The notes under the pieces: model-generated
Told to the model about the DNA's origin: nothing
The model's database searches: none
Seen by the model: only the letters and a program-made list of their open reading frames with translations
NCBI GenBank assembly: GCA_951406725.2
Contig: OX597831.1
Location: 77,934,001 to 77,998,000, forward strand
From: Octopus vulgaris
Taxonomy: Eukaryota
Length of the DNA stretch: 64,000 bases
Direction of reading: 5' to 3'
In this document: piece after piece, positions 14,735 to 28,068 of the stretch
How the letters are laid out: every line of letters starts with the position of its first letter
How positions within the stretch are numbered: the stretch's first letter is position 1
Position numbers and translations under genes: made by a program

Positions 14735-15310
14735 GGCGCCGAGCTGGGAGAGTCCTTAAGCTCGCCGGGTAAACTGCTTAGCGGCATTTCATCTGAAATT
14801 GTTTATGTATGGCAGGTTTGGGAGCCTTCAACTAACACTATCTCCTTCGAGACCCTGCGGCGCAAGTTGACCAAAATTGAGAGTATGATAGAAGAAGGCT
14901 TGCTCTTCCTTCCGTAGAAGAAAAAATTCAAACCGGACCATGTTAACACCAAAAATTATTTACATCAAAAAGGTGCTTTTTTTCTACGAAAATCCCTATT
15001 TTTTACGATTTTGTGACTGCCGTGTCGCCATTTTTCGGTGTATTTCAACCAGAAAAATGTTCACTTAAAGAGAATAAGAAGCTACATAATGCAAAATTTT
15101 TACTTTTCAAAAATTCTAATTCCAGCGGGTCGAAACAAACCCGAGCAACGCCGGGCGATACTGCTAGTACGTTATAAGTTCAAATATTTCCGAGATCGGC
15201 TTTGCCTTTCATCCTCTCACGGGCGATAAAACAAGTATCAGTTGAGTACTGGGGTCGATGTGATCGATTTATCCCCTCCCCTAAAATTTGTGCCCATAGT
15301 AGAAAGGATT
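14735..15310 (+). mobile_element. tRNA-derived SINE family B, split by a Helitron fragment
   Basis: ggcgccgagctggg...gcttagcggcatttcatctg, then insert, then tacgttataagttcaaat...gcctttcatcc...ggggtcgatg. Confidence 0.75.
14796..15167 (+). mobile_element. Helitron-type 3' fragment
   Basis: Ends in the hairpin cccgagcaacgccggg followed by CTAG|T (15164-15168), the canonical Helitron 3' signature; interrupts a SINE B. Confidence 0.7.
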
Positions 15311-15326
15311 ATCAAATATCATCAAT

Positions 15327-15530
15327 AAGGCGCCGAGCTGGGAGAACCACTAACTCGCCGAATAAAATTCTTGGCGGCATATCGTCCGTTCAAATTTCGC
15401 CGAGATAGGCTTTGCCTTTCATCCTTCCAGGATCCATAAAATAAGTACCGGTTGCGTACTGGGGTCAATGCAATCGAGTTAACCACGTCCTTTGAAATGT
15501 CTGGCCTTGTAGGAAAATTTGAAACCGTTA
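15327..15530 (+). mobile_element. SINE family B
   Basis: aaggcgccgagctggg...gttcaaatttcgccgag...gcctttcatcc...aagtaccggttgcgtactggggtc. Confidence 0.8.
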
Positions 15531-15627
15531 TTTGATAATCAGCAATAATGCAGCGAAGTTTCAGACCGTGTGTCATTGGTAGAAAAATGATTATTACGAA
15601 TTGGCAGAAGTCACAAATTCATAAACA

Positions 15628-16045
15628 GGCGTAGGAGTGGTTGTGTGGTAAGTAGCTTGTTTACCAACCAGATGGTTCCGAGTTCAGTTCCACTGCTTGG
15701 CACATTGGGCAAGTGTCTTCTACAATAGCCTCGGACTGACCAAAGACTTGTGAATGGATTTGGTAGACGGAAACTGAAAGAAGCCCATTGCATATATGTA
15801 TATATACACACATATATGTATGTATGTGTGTGTATATGTTTGTGTGTCTGTGTTTGACCTCCACCCCAATATCGCTTGACAACCGATGCTGGTGTATTTA
15901 CGTCCCCGTAACTTAACGGTTCGGCAAAAAAACTGATAGAATAAGTATTAGGCTTACAAAGAATAAGTTCTGGGGTCGATTTGCTCGACTAAAGGCGGTG
16001 CTCCAACATGGCCACAGTCAAATGAGTGAAACTAATAGAAGAATA
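15628..16045 (+). mobile_element. SINE family A, full length
   Basis: Complete head through tail ggcggtgctccaacatggccacagtcaaatgagtgaaac. Confidence 0.92.
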
Positions 16046-16599
16046 GGTTTCAAATTTTGGCGCCAAGCTAGAAATTTCGGGGGATGGAGTAGTATTTTAT
16101 ACAACTGTGGGATAAAATACAATATGAAAGCTGACAGGCAGGATTTGGACTCAGTCATCAACGTGTGATCAGGTGGCTAGGTTGTTGCACTCGCGTTTGC
16201 TATGTAATGGGTTCGATTCCTGGAGCGGTCGGCGTGTTGTGGTTCTTGAGCAAAACTCATCTCACATTGCCCCGTGAGTGGAGAAAGTGGCAGAGTTGTT
16301 GACGCGTCGGCAGAAATACTTTGCGGTATATTTTCCAGCTCAGTCCATTCTGTGTTCAAATCCCACCTGCGCGAAAAAGGCAAAAAAAAAAAAACCCCAA
16401 AAAATCCAAGGCCAGTATTCATCCTAAGTCAAGTCATGAGTAATCTACTTAACGGCGACAGGAGAGGGAACGGGCCCTCCCAGAGTACTAAAGAAGGTTC
16501 GCATGCAGGGGACCTACTCAAAGGCAGACATTTAGACATTAACTATTGCTCAACGAGTTACCGCCTGTACAGATAAATAAATTGTATTCAGTTAAACGT

Positions 16600-16822
16600 A
16601 ATGTTCCTTTCTATTAAAGGCACAAGGCTTGGAATTTTGGGGGAAGGGGACTTGACGATTACATCGACCCCTGTGTTTCAAGGATACATAATTTATCCAC
16701 CCCGAAAGGGATGGAAGGCAAAGTCGGCCTCGGCATAATATGAACTCAGAACGTAACGACGAGCGAAATACCGCTAAGCATATCATCCAGCGTGCTAACG
16801 ACTCTGCCAGCTCGCCGCCTTA
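16600..16822 (-). mobile_element. SINE family B, full length
   Basis: Ends ctgccagctcgccgcctt (reverse complement of the head); contains acatcgacccc...gaaggcaaagtcggcctcggc. Confidence 0.88.
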
Positions 16823-16827
16823 AATAA

Positions 16828-16877
<50 letters not shown>

Positions 16878-16879
<2 letters not shown>

Positions 16880-17030
16880 CCTTTCTACTGGGGGCACATG
16901 GCCTCAAATTTTGTGGGAGGGGTATAGTAGATTATATCGACCCCAGTGTTCAACTGGTACTTAATTTATCGACCTCGAAAGGACTAAAGGCAAAATCGAC
17001 CGCGTCGGAATTTGAACTCAGAACGTAAAT
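16878..17030 (-). mobile_element. SINE family B, 5'-truncated
   Basis: ccccagtgttcaactggtacttaatttatcgac...gaatttgaactcagaacgtaa. Confidence 0.85.
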
Positions 17031-17799
17031 ACGGATATAAATAATAATGTTGATGATGATAATGATGATAATGATGATGATGATGATGATGATGATGGTG
17101 ATGGCGATGATGATGATAGTGGTTTTAAACATTGTTATAAGGCTAGTCATTTTAGAGTGCTGGAGCTAACTGCACGATTAAAATTCACGGTTTAAGTTTG
17201 CATGTTAACAAAAAAAAGATTAATGAGTGAAGTTAAACAACGTTTCGTGGTATATATCTGAGAAGATTAATGAGTTGCTTTGATTAGTTACTCATTAGTC
17301 ATATTCATACAACACGTCGCAAGGAGCGAATCAAAAATTCCGTCTCTGTTTCCTCCACACAGAACAGCAAAGTAAGCGATCTTTCTATTATGTAAATTAG
17401 GAGGAAATATTTCGCTGCCCAGAGCGGCAATACGCACTGATGCGAGTAGGATGTAGTGGTAGGATGTAGCGGCTGATGGGTTGTTGGTTAAAGATGCAAG
17501 TGGAGAGTCATTGATGGACGTTGATGATTTATTGCTGACATATTGGCATTGCAATTTACATTCTAAGTGAGCCGACATATTTTTCTGTTGTGTAATTTTG
17601 TATTTCATCGGTCGATTAAATAAGCACGCAAACATACGGCGCATATATATCAATAAATACGCATGCGTATATGAGCGTGCGTATATAACTGTATACATTT
17701 ATGAGCTCATATATATATATGTGTGTTTGTGTGTGTGTGTGTGTGTAAATATATTTGGATGTACACACACGCAGGCACGATATATAATAAAATAGTAAA

Positions 17800-18034
17800 T
17801 GCACCCTTATAAAGCCTAGCCAGGCTCATAGGCCCGATTTCCCGGTTTCTATGGCGTATGTGTTCCCCAACTGGAGAGGATGCCAGTTCATCGCAGCGTT
17901 ACTCATAGTAGACTGGAGCAGCGTGAAGTGATGTGTTTTGCTCAAGAACAGAACGCGTCGCCCGTTCCAGGAATCGAAACCACAATCTTACGATCATGGT
18001 GCTGACACCATAAACACTAAGCCACGTGCCTCCA
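17800..18034 (-). mobile_element. tRNA/CORE-like SINE, family D variant
   Basis: Head reverse complement tggaggcacgtggcttagtg...ggtttcgattcc; tail matches the 44954 copy. Confidence 0.8.
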
Positions 18035-18039
18035 TATCT

Positions 18040-18346
<307 letters not shown>

Positions 18347-18387
18347 ATACACACATATAGATATATGTATATATATCTTTTAATCTG

Positions 18388-18718
18388 TTACTTGTTTCAG
18401 TCATGTGACTGTGGCCATGCTGGAGCACTGTCTTTTGTCGAGCAAATCGACCCCAGGATTTATTCTTTGTAAGCCTAGTGTCTTTACGTCCCCACTAAGT
18501 TACAGGGACGTAAACACACACATACACACAAACATATACACTCACATACATATATACGAGGGGCTTCTTTCAGTTTCCGTCTACCAAATCCACTCACAAG
18601 GCTTTAGGTGGCCCGAGGCTATAGTGGAAGACATTGCCCAAGGTGCCACGCAGTGGGACTGAACCCGGAACCATGTCACTCGTAAGCAATCTACTTACCA
18701 CACAGCCACTCCTACGCC
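18388..18718 (-). mobile_element. SINE family A, internally deleted
   Basis: Tail, body and head all recognisable. Confidence 0.88.
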
Positions 18719-18856
18719 TATATATATATATATATATATATTGTGAAAACAAAGTAATTATTTTGTAAATATTTAGTACGTACGTTTGAGATCTGCGTAA
18801 TGTATAACGGGAAATAATCCCTTTAGCTAATGAATTCCTCACTTAAAATGCTCGCA

Positions 18857-18892
<36 letters not shown>

Positions 18893-19424
18893 GTCACTTA
18901 ACTGTAAATGGGTAACTCTGGCACGGAATAGCTTTCCGATCAAGGGGTAAGTTCGTTGACTCGATTATCCTGCAGGGTGACACCATTCGAAGCTGAAACT
19001 ATGCGTAGTGCTTCGTGACTTTGCGTCTAGCGATGTATTACAACATCCGATTGTCTGATGAATACCGTGATACTGTGATACATATGCACAGTTTGTCTTC
19101 GGTCCGCATTGGGTGGGGTTATCCTAGCTTAATAGCAGCACCTGGCAAAGTTATTTCCTCATGTTTCATATTACGGTCATACTTTGGACACCATAGCAGT
19201 TTCTTGTAAACGATTATTGTTTGCAAATATCTATCAGGTTGTGGATGAATTCCCTGGGATTATTGGAGGGATTTGGTCAGCAAAATTTGTGTGTGTTTCT
19301 CTGAGTGTGTGTAAATGTGTGCATATATATGCGCAGCATGTTGTTATATGTGTGTATATACATCAGTATATGCACAAATACGTGTATGTTCATGTATGTG
19401 CTTCTATGTATGTATGTATGTTTC

Positions 19425-19466
<42 letters not shown>

Positions 19467-19481
19467 ACTGAATGTATCTCT

Positions 19482-19537
<56 letters not shown>

Positions 19538-19594
19538 TGGATATATATATATATATATATATGGTGGATATATGTGTATACATGTATATATAGT

Positions 19595-19731
19595 ATATCA
19601 ACCCCAGTGTTCAACTGGTACTTAATTTATCGACCCCGAATGGACTAAAGGCAAAATCGACCGCGTTGGAATTTGAACTCAGAACGTAAATACGGATATA
19701 AATAATAATGTTGATGATGATGATGATGATG

Positions 19732-19735
<4 letters not shown>
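19595..19735 (-). repeat. Local duplicate of 16934-17100 (SINE B fragment plus flank)
   Basis: Same truncation junction and flank acgtaaatacggatataaataataatgttgatgatga. Confidence 0.85.
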
Positions 19736-19781
<46 letters not shown>

Positions 19782-19796
19782 ATGGATGTATGTGTA

Positions 19797-19853
<57 letters not shown>

Positions 19854-20301
19854 TATATAGACACATGCACGCACACACACTCACACACACTATCGAGATA
19901 GATAATAACATTCCTTTAGACAAATACCCCTACACACACGAACACGAAAGAACCCTATATATGTTATGTATGTATGTATGTATGTCGAAATTCCTATCAC
20001 GCACAAGTATACGTACGAGGTCTTGCCAAGCCATATCCTCCTCACAAGACGAAACCAGTCGGCCACAAATATTATCATGGACAAATACTTCGAATACTTT
20101 CCGCTTTTATGTTCGTTTTTTTTGTTCTTTTCTCTTTTCTTTTCTTTTGTTTTGTTTCACTCGTTTGATGTGTATCGATGACAAACATGTGTCCAGTCAA
20201 CTGATTGACCTTTACAAATATATCTATTCTATTTTTATCTTCACTCACTCAGAGGTATAGATTAGACGTTTGTATGTATCAGACGTGATGTGCGTGTGTG
20301 T

Positions 20302-20355
<54 letters not shown>

Positions 20356-20548
20356 CTCGTCTAGACATATATTCTGTTTCCTTTTGCACATGAGCACAGT
20401 TCAACTAACACTATCGTATAGAAACACACAAAAATACACACACACACACACACACACATACAATTACGCACATGTACTCGCGTACACGCACACACACACA
20501 CATACATTTATGTACTTTTTTTTGTGTGTGTGTGTTCCTGGTTTTGTA

Positions 20549-20881
20549 GGAGCCAGCGTGGCTGCGCGGTAAGTAGTTTGCTTCCAGCCACATAGTTCCG
20601 GGTTCAGTTCCACTGCGTGGCACCTTGGGCAAGTGTCATCTTCTATAGGTTTGGGCCGACTAAAGCCTTGTGAGTAGATTAAGTAGACAGAAACTCAAAG
20701 AAGCCCGTCGTATATGTATATATGAGTGGCTGTGTGGTAAGTAGCTTGTTTACCAACCACATGGTTCCGGGTTCAGTCCCACTGCGTGGCAAAATGGGCA
20801 AGTGTCTTCTACTATAGCCTCGGTCCGACCAAAGCCTTGTGAGTGGATTTGGTAGACGGAAACTGAAAGAAGCCCGTCGTA

Positions 20882-20945
<64 letters not shown>

Positions 20946-21106
20946 TGTGTGTGTTTGTGTGAGTGTGTTTGTGCCCCTAGCATTGCTTGACAACCGATGC
21001 TGGGCTTACAAAAGAATAAGTCCCGTGGTCGAGTTGCTCGATTAAACGCGGTGCTCCAGCATGGCCGCAGCCAAATGACTGAAACAAGTAAAAGAGTAAA
21101 AGAGTA
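20549..21106 (+). mobile_element. Tandem SINE family A: 5' half (20549-20711) plus near full copy (20723-21106)
   Basis: Two successive heads; the second runs to the tail gactgaaacaagtaaaagagtaaaagagt. Confidence 0.9.
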
Positions 21107-21280
21107 AATACCTGTGTGTGTGAGTGTGTCTTTGTTTATTTGTGTCAATGATTGTCTACAAGCACCGGTTTTGCTGTGCTTACGTCCCCCTAAATTAGCT
21201 CTTACGCAAAAGAAACCAATATAACGTGTACCAGATTCCAATACATAAATACATACATTCACAGCAATGTGTAGTATAGA

Positions 21281-21480
21281 ATTGGGAAGGTTTATGAAAA
21301 TAAACAAAAGACGAAGGCAGGTGGAGGACAAACAAACAATGTATTAGTATGGCGCTCAGGAATAGAAACAAAACAAGTCATTTACGTTTCGAGCTTATGC
21401 TCTTCGACAGAAAGATACACAAAAAAGAAACAAGGAGAGTAAAAAATTGCGTGTAGGGGCTAACGATCCAACATGGCGAT
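21281..21480 (-). mobile_element. Penelope-like pLTR fragment (P1) with hammerhead-like motif
   Basis: Minus strand 21415-21378: tcttt CTGTCGA A GAGC ataa GCTC GAAA cg TA aatga. Confidence 0.65.
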
Positions 21481-21529
21481 CTGTATAGTATAGAATTGGC
21501 AGCTAAAACCTTTACTGGTAATAGCCGGT

Positions 21530-21797
21530 TGTAGTTGTACCCTTGCATGTCGTTTAAGTCCTCCTGCTGAATCACACTCCTTTCCACATGCCGGGCAGAT
21601 ATAATTAGTATGGTGTGTAGCACCACCACCACCAGCGGCCTGGTTGGCAATCATCAGTGTCGCTTTATGACAACGAAGATGACTCTTGAGTCCAGCTTTA
21701 CTGAGGCAGGGTTTTGCACAGACACTGCATGTCAGCGTCATAGGAAGACCCTTACCGTCGGGAAGTGCAACCGTGATGCCTTTCCTGACATCCCTCC
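21530..21797 (-). pseudogene. Remnant with two C2H2-type zinc fingers, probably the C-terminus of an RTE-clade LINE ORF
   Basis: [21 protein letters not shown] and [20 protein letters not shown]; the CxxC...GLxSHxRxH pattern is typical of RTE ORF ends; truncated by microsatellite. Confidence 0.6.
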
Positions 21798-21888
21798 TTA
21801 CATACATACATACATACTATACATACATACATACATACATATATATGTATATATATATGTGTATATATGTATTATATATATAAGTATG

Positions 21889-21963
<75 letters not shown>

Positions 21964-22144
21964 ATTCCTCTAAACTTTTTCAAGACGGTGCATTTGTATG
22001 GCTGCAGTCTAGAGATTGATATGTATTTATGTATGTGTTTATAGGTTTAGGCATCCTTAGCGTACTCAGAATCTATTACACTTACTCTCTTATATATATA
22101 CATACATACATACATACATACATACATACATACATACATACATG

Positions 22145-22208
<64 letters not shown>

Positions 22209-22211
<3 letters not shown>

Positions 22212-22408
22212 CGGAGTTGTACATGCATAGCAAGTGACCTGATCTGAGATCGTGAGCTGGAACGAAAACAATTGCAGCGTGGAAGGTGTTTATAAGCCAT
22301 TTAAAACACTCAAAAACCGTTATATTCACTTCAAAATTTAAATTCAATTTACCAAAATATTTTCGTCGCTTTCAGACCGCGACCCGTTCATTGACAAAAT
22401 TCCGTGCT
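22209..22408. mobile_element. Dispersed repeat inside (TA)n (family P3, longer copy)
   Basis: Homologous to 18176-18291 in inverted orientation; bounded by (TA)n on both sides. Confidence 0.7.
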
Positions 22409-22599
22409 ATATATATATATATATATACGCAAACATACACACCACACACAGATATCAGTCAGTCCGTTTATCCCTCCATCGTTCTTTCCTCTCCCTACCT
22501 CACCACCCTCCCGCTGTCTCGCTTTCTTTCTATCTTCATCTCTCTTTCATTCTCTCTGTCCTAACAAAGCAGAGATTGCAAAATGTCAAAATTTCCATG

Positions 22600-22633
<34 letters not shown>

Positions 22634-23097
22634 CATATTTCCGAGATATTAGTCCTCAACGGAACTTCTCCCAGCTTGCTAAAAATAGCAGCTAAATGTC
22701 CCTTAAATCATCTTGCATCGTACTTAACAGATATGGGGAACATGCTCAAAACCTTTGAGAGCAAGACGGGTTTGGTTCGGTTGGATGTGTCTTTGATAAT
22801 GCATTTTGCTCAGGCAGGACCGACATGGGCCTAGCCATAACTACTACTACAACTACTACTACTACTGTTGCTGTTGCTGCTGCCACTGCTGCTGCTGCTA
22901 CTGCTGCTGCGACTGTTACTGTTGCATGTTTGTGTGTAAGTGTGTGTGTGTGTGAGAGAGAGGTTGTAATGTAATCCAATAGTGAATAACCAAAACCGTT
23001 CTGGGTTCACCACGACAAATATTTCCATCACCACCACCACCATCGCCGCTGCCAACCCCCTCCACTTCCACCTATAATAACAATAATTTGATAATTA

Positions 23098-23663
23098 TTG
23101 GGTTGTCCAGAAAGTTCGTGCGGATTTATAGTAGCTTACCTTTCGACTTAATTTAGAACATGGTTGAGTCCATAAAATAGGATTTGGCTACACCTCCATT
23201 TAGAGCACAGTTTAAGCTATCTTTTCGTGGAAGAAGGTTTATGTTCCTATAACCTGTGTTAATTCTGTAATCCTTTAAAATGGAAGATAAGAAAGTTCAT
23301 TTTCGGCACTTGATGATTTGGGAACCAGACAAAAATTGCTGCAGCTCGACCGGGATGTGTTACTCCACCCTCCATATTCACCAGATATTACTCCTTCGGA
23401 TTTCCATTTATTCAGGTCTCTGCAGAATAGTCTTAATGGTAAAAATTACAATTCCTTGGATGACGTAAAAAGATACCTTGATGAATTCTTTGCCCTGAAA
23501 CCACCTCAATTCTGGGAAGAGGGTATTTTCGAGTTAAAGGAAAGATGGAGACGCATTGTGTAACAAAATGGTTCATATTTGGTTGATTAAAAATGTAATG
23601 GCAATTATTTATTGACCTTTTTCTTTCCTTTAAAAATCGGCACGAACTTTCCGGACAACCCAA
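23098..23663 (+). mobile_element. Internally deleted mariner transposon (mellifera-like), 566 bp
   Basis: About 30-bp TIRs ttgggttgtccagaaagttcgtgcggattt / aaatcggcacgaactttccggacaacccaa, TA on both sides; N-terminus MEDKKVHFRHLM fused out of frame to C-terminus HPPYSPDITPSDFHLFRSLQNSL...WEEGIFELKERW. Confidence 0.95.
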
Positions 23664-23785
23664 TATTTTAAATTATTGTCCGCTGTAAATATCGCAATAA
23701 CATTCCCGAGGATCATTGTGCCGTCTTGTTAACCGAAGGGTCAACTGGACATGCATTTTCTCTCTTTCCCCTTTCTCCTCCCCTT

Positions 23786-23841
<56 letters not shown>

Positions 23842-24231
23842 CCTATCTATCAATGTGAGTGTGCGTGCGTGTGTGTTTTAGTTAGGAGGAAGGCAGTGCC
23901 CACGACAACTTTTACGGGGTCTCCGGGACTTCCAGGACGTGGGAAGGAATATCATTAAGCCGGAAAATATTGGAAGGTGATGTTAAACCGGATGACGTGT
24001 TAAGGCTGCTTAGCCAAATCGACTATGGCGGGAGGCGGAATTTGAACTTAGAGTGCAAAGGGCAAGAACTAATTCTATCAGGCATTTCAGCCAACATTCT
24101 AACATTACCGACAATTCATTATTCTGGGTCGAAAACTTTCTTTTTATCGACTTTGGAAGGAGAAAAGTTAAAGTTGATTATAACGGGTTTCCTTAACAAC
24201 TTAAGAAACCGTTATAAATAACAACAACAAC

Positions 24232-24448
24232 AATGGTTTCGAATTTTGGCATAAGGCCAGCAAGTTCGAGGGAGGAGTTAAGTCAATTACATTGACCCCA
24301 GTGTTCAACTGGTACTTGTTATATCGATCCCGAAAGAATAAAAGGTGAAGTTGACCTCGGCGGAATTTGAGCTCATAACGTAAAGACAGACTAAATGCTA
24401 CTAAGAATACCACTCGGTGCGCTAACGATTCTGCCAGCTCACCGCCTC
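24232..24448 (-). mobile_element. SINE family B
   Basis: ccccagtgttcaactggtac...gacctcggcggaatttgagctc...gctaacgattctgccagctcaccgcc. Confidence 0.85.
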
Positions 24449-24469
24449 AATAATAATAATAATCGTTTC

Positions 24470-24876
24470 TTTATTAGCCACAGAAGCCGAACACAGATCA
24501 AATAGGGGTAATACAAACCTGGGGACGCGTGGGGCTTAACACAAAATCGAATAAACAATATAACAATGACAACAATACTATTAAACCATAACATTCTCCA
24601 AAAGAGGGAGGGATTCACTCATAAGAACAACCGAGGAACGCCATATATTCTGGTTGTTCCGACTGCCAGACGCACCTCAGCAAGCGCCGCTCTCCTTCTC
24701 AACCTCTCCGGTTTACATACGAAAGTTCAGAGCAGGTCCATTCACTCGGGCCATTCCCACCACATATACCCACCTTTCAACAAATTTAGTGGCGTAGCAG
24801 AACTTCCCTCTCTACTATCATTTTCCTTTTCCAAGTAGAACTTGAAAAACTCGATGAGGGTTTGGCTGAAGAGGAA
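24470..24876 (-). mobile_element. Possible L1/Tx1-like LINE 3' remnant
   Basis: Frameshifted minus-strand peptides FSQTLIEFFKFYL, KMIVEREVL and KFVERWVYVVGMARVNG, recalled as resembling Tx1-type ORF2 ends. Confidence 0.45.
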
Positions 24877-24894
24877 AATTATAATGAAGGATCA

Positions 24895-25137
24895 GATGTC
24901 GTTCCCTAGCCATATGTTCGTAAGGCCATTTTCCTGATTGTATATCGTATATATGCTCCCGCTTGACGGGACACCAGTCCATCGTAGGATTAATTATCGT
25001 TGCCAGCTCAGTGGACTGAAGGAATGTGAAATGAAGTGTTCTGCGCAAGGACACAGCGCATCGCCCAGTCGTTTAATCGAAACCACAATCTTACAGGCAG
25101 AAGTGCAACACCCTAACCACAAAGCCACGCGCCTCCA
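24895..25137 (-). mobile_element. tRNA/CORE-like SINE, family D variant
   Basis: Head reverse complement tggaggcgcgtggctttgtggttagggtg; cagctcagtggactg CORE-like; gatggactggtgtcccgtc. Confidence 0.78.
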
Positions 25138-25861
25138 CGCCGTTATAAATACTTCGATACATTTTGTCTGATATAATAACGACTCTTCTAAATTCACTGC
25201 GTGGTTCAGTCAGAGATCAGCCTCAACCCAACCCAACAAATCTAAGACCGAAAAGTCTTCTAACCATGACCATATTTTGCAATATGATTGCATATTTAAA
25301 ATAATATTCCCCAACATGTTCCTTGGTTTCGATTGTTTTTCAAGACACTCAGGGACTGGCTGTTATTTCTAGCAAGCCAGTCTATTAGTCAAAGCATTCA
25401 GGGGACAGCTGCAGCTCGTGAGACTATCTGAAAGAAAGGCTGCCCCCCCCACCCTCCTAGCAGCTAGGAGAAGTGTTGGGTTCACATTGTAGAGCTGGAT
25501 GAAGGAGTTCCCTATTGTAAGGCGGGAAGAAGAGAGATGCATACTGTAGGCTTAGCAGTAAGGGACTCGTTTTACTGGATCGGGAAATGGAGTTCCTATC
25601 GCTGGTCTGTAAGATGGTGGTATACATTGTAAAATTAAGATCAGTTGTGAATTATTGTAAAATTTGGAGAAGGGAGTGCATTTTTAAGAGAAGAAGGAAA
25701 GAGCGCGTATTGTAGGGCTGACCCAGGAAACCGAATATCCTGGTGCCGGCCCTTAGAAAACTAGAAAAATCTGAGCTGAAGAGATGAAGACGATAATTAC
25801 TGTGGTTGGTCACGAAGGACTGAAAAAAATGGTGGAATGTTAAACTGGCTCAATGGATATT

Positions 25862-26066
25862 CTTTCATTCTTTAATTCTTTTACTTGTTTCAGTCATTTG
25901 ACTGCGGCCATGCGGGAGCACTGCCTTTTAGTCAAACAAATCGGCACCAGGACTTATTCTTTGTAAGCCTAGTACTTATTCTATCGGTTACTTTTGCCGA
26001 ACCGCTAACTTAGGGGACGTAAACAAACCAGCATCGGTTGTCAAGTGATGGGTGGGGGGCAACCGT

Positions 26067-26111
<45 letters not shown>

Positions 26112-26266
26112 CGAGAGGCTTCTTTCAGTTTCCGTCTACTAAATCCACTCACAAGGACTATAGCAGAAGACGCAAGACGCTTGCCCAAGGTGCCACGCAG
26201 TGGAACTGAACCCGGAACCATGTGGTTGGGAAGCAAGCTTCCTTACCACACAGCCACGCCTGCGCC
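25862..26266 (-). mobile_element. SINE family A, full length
   Basis: Tail to head (cacagccacgcctgcgcc). Confidence 0.92.
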
Positions 26267-26605
26267 TTTTTAAAAAGTTTTATATAGTTTATATACGTAG
26301 GTATATATTTTTTAGTTTATATACACAAAATATCGAGAAAAGATTGAGATACAAGAGAGCAGAAATATAAAGGAAGAAACGGAGATGATGTCACCGATTC
26401 AGCAACTTGTTTCGTGACAGATAAGGCCATTGTTATCGATGGATGGTTGGCCAACAGACTGGCGGGAAGAAGCCCGGATTCTTATTCAACAAGGGAAACA
26501 AAGGAAGTTCAAATAGGAGAAAGAATTGTATTTATAGATCTTATTGTTTTCAATCAACCACATTAGCCTCTCTCCGTCCGTTCGTCCGTCTCTCTCTTCT
26601 TATCT

Positions 26606-26647
<42 letters not shown>

Positions 26648-26758
26648 TTACATATGTGCCCATATATATATGTATAGCTATGTATGTATGTATGTATGTA
26701 TCTATCTATCTTTCTCTCTCCATATACATATATGTAGTCACAAAGCCCATATATGTAA

Positions 26759-26850
<92 letters not shown>

Positions 26851-28068
26851 GCCTGGTCGGAGAAAAAAAATATATACATATATATATATGTATATGTATA
26901 TCTATACACACACATAAATATATGCAAAGTAACCGTTATATATAGGCGTGTGTATGTGGTGTATGGTTAATGTAAACACGTTTTATTGAAAGATGTGTTG
27001 AAAACCAAATTAAACATTGACAAATAATGAAGAGATTAGGGTTAGATATTTATTTCTTTATTACGTCGTGAGAAGGGTTCAAGTACACCGCGCCCATTGT
27101 CCCCTTTTTTTTCAGACATGTTGAATGGTGAAAGTATAGCCCAGAAATCTATTGTCATAGAACGGATAGTCTACTGGAACCGATCATAGAGGGCTTATAT
27201 GTGGTATAGGATGGAAAGGAAATGAAAGAGTTTGGAATGAGGTTATGCCTGAAAATCAGTCGTAATGGTCATGACTGGAAAGCTTTCGTTGATAGATAGG
27301 TTCTAAATGAGTTTGCTGGGGATTAAACAAAAATCTATGAGAGCAAATGTGATTGTATTTAAGAAATTTGTTTCGAAACTTCGTGGTTTTGAGTTCCATT
27401 CAATTGCACATCGTTTGAGCAAGTGTTTCCTTAACATAGCCTCTTGTTGTCCGAAGTCTTTTAAGTGAAATCTGGAGAACGCAATATTTATGAAAGTTTG
27501 TTTCCGCTTTGGTGGGGAATACCGCATTCGTCAGTGGTATTCATAGAACCATTTGTTCTTTAGATGCGTTTAGCATAATCCACTCTCTACTAAGCATCTG
27601 AACTCAGATTCTGATCTGAAGATAACTCCCATCTGTGTTGGAGGTTCACAGAAGGTTCAAGAGCTCATCTTTGTTCCTTTGTTGAATGCATTATTCCCGC
27701 CGCGAATAAATAAATAAATGGATAGACATAGTAAAGACTTGAATAATTTCATCCATGTTTTTATCATCTGAAAGGTCAGATATATGGCATTGCTGTTTTG
27801 ATCAATGTTAAGGTTAATGAATTTTATTTCCAAGATCAGAAAATCTGATCAATGCAGACATATCGTGAAACATCACCCAATTTATGAATAAATTTTATTT
27901 TCCAAACCAAACAAAAAAAAGAAGAAATAAAGCACATTTCTCACCAATTTCTTTATTAATTCACTTCATTATGCTTTATTTTGTTACCATCTAATTTCAT
28001 TTATGCATTTCATCCTTCTGCTTTTTCCTGTTTTCTTATTTATTCTTTATTCTTGCTTTATTTCGCAG

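Noticed and set aside
25483-25725. CRISPR-like periodicity
   Set aside because: No conserved repeat with unique spacers, eukaryotic context, no cas genes
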